A stretch of 20,000 nucleotides of DNA from Tricharina praecox. Lineage: Eukaryota. This document shows, piece by piece, positions 19,851 to 20,000 of this stretch (positions are counted from its first letter, which is position 1; each line of letters opens with the position of its first letter). The notes below the pieces were generated by a model. The model did not search any database, had not been told where the DNA came from, and worked only from the letters and a program-made list of their open reading frames with translations. The translations under genes and the position numbers were made by a program. The stretch spans positions 1,175,375 through 1,195,374 of the forward strand of contig NW_026250413.1 of assembly GCF_024521635.1 (NCBI RefSeq), written 5' to 3'.

Positions 19851-20000
19851 GGTTAGGGTTAGGGTTAGGGTTAGGGTTAGGGTTAGGGTTAGGGTTAGGG
19901 TTAGGGTTAGGGTTAGGGTTAGGGTTAGGGTTAGGGTTAGGGTTAGGGTTAGGGTTAGGGTTAGGGTTAGGGTTAGGGTTAGGGTTAGGGTTAGGGTTAG
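19851..20000 (+). repeat. Telomeric array (TTAGGG)n, 25 perfect units up to the window edge
   Basis: Uninterrupted GGTTAG repeats with the G-strand running 5'->3' toward the right end. Confidence 0.98.

Noticed and set aside
19062-20000. Telomere-specific retroelement (MoTeR/TRAS/SART-like) or telomerase-like RT
   Set aside because: The RT is ordinary Ty3/Gypsy type and is cut mid-domain. There is no element terminus at the junction and no internal telomere tracts.

Overview
Eukaryotic, almost certainly fungal, chromosome end. About 17.6 kb (2191-19850) is a nested stack of Ty3/Gypsy (chromovirus, Tf1/sushi-like) LTR retrotransposons, capped by a (TTAGGG)n array at 19851-20000 that is joined directly to the middle of a reverse transcriptase gene. 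Reconstructed nesting: an old LTR fragment D (2191-2330) was hit by element A (+, 2331-15428, degenerate). A was hit by an inverted A-family solo LTR (5242-13174, TSD GAAAC) and by element C (-, 15429-19850). The solo LTR was hit by a very young full-length element B (-, 5387-12755, TSD GACAA, LTRs differ at 1 of 689 nt by eye). C was hit by a B-family solo LTR (18375-19066, TSD GCAGT). The outer halves of D, A and C are all missing, which fits a terminal break healed by de novo telomere addition. Readable cis-signals include tRNA-independent self-priming PBSs, two -1 frameshift cassettes (one with an H-type pseudoknot), PPTs and a covarying 3'-UTR hairpin. Element B looks intact but has an E-to-K change at the integrase catalytic Glu. 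A degenerate ~25-bp minisatellite with inverted copies lies at 938-1977. No host gene could be supported. All alignments were done by eye; no searches were run.
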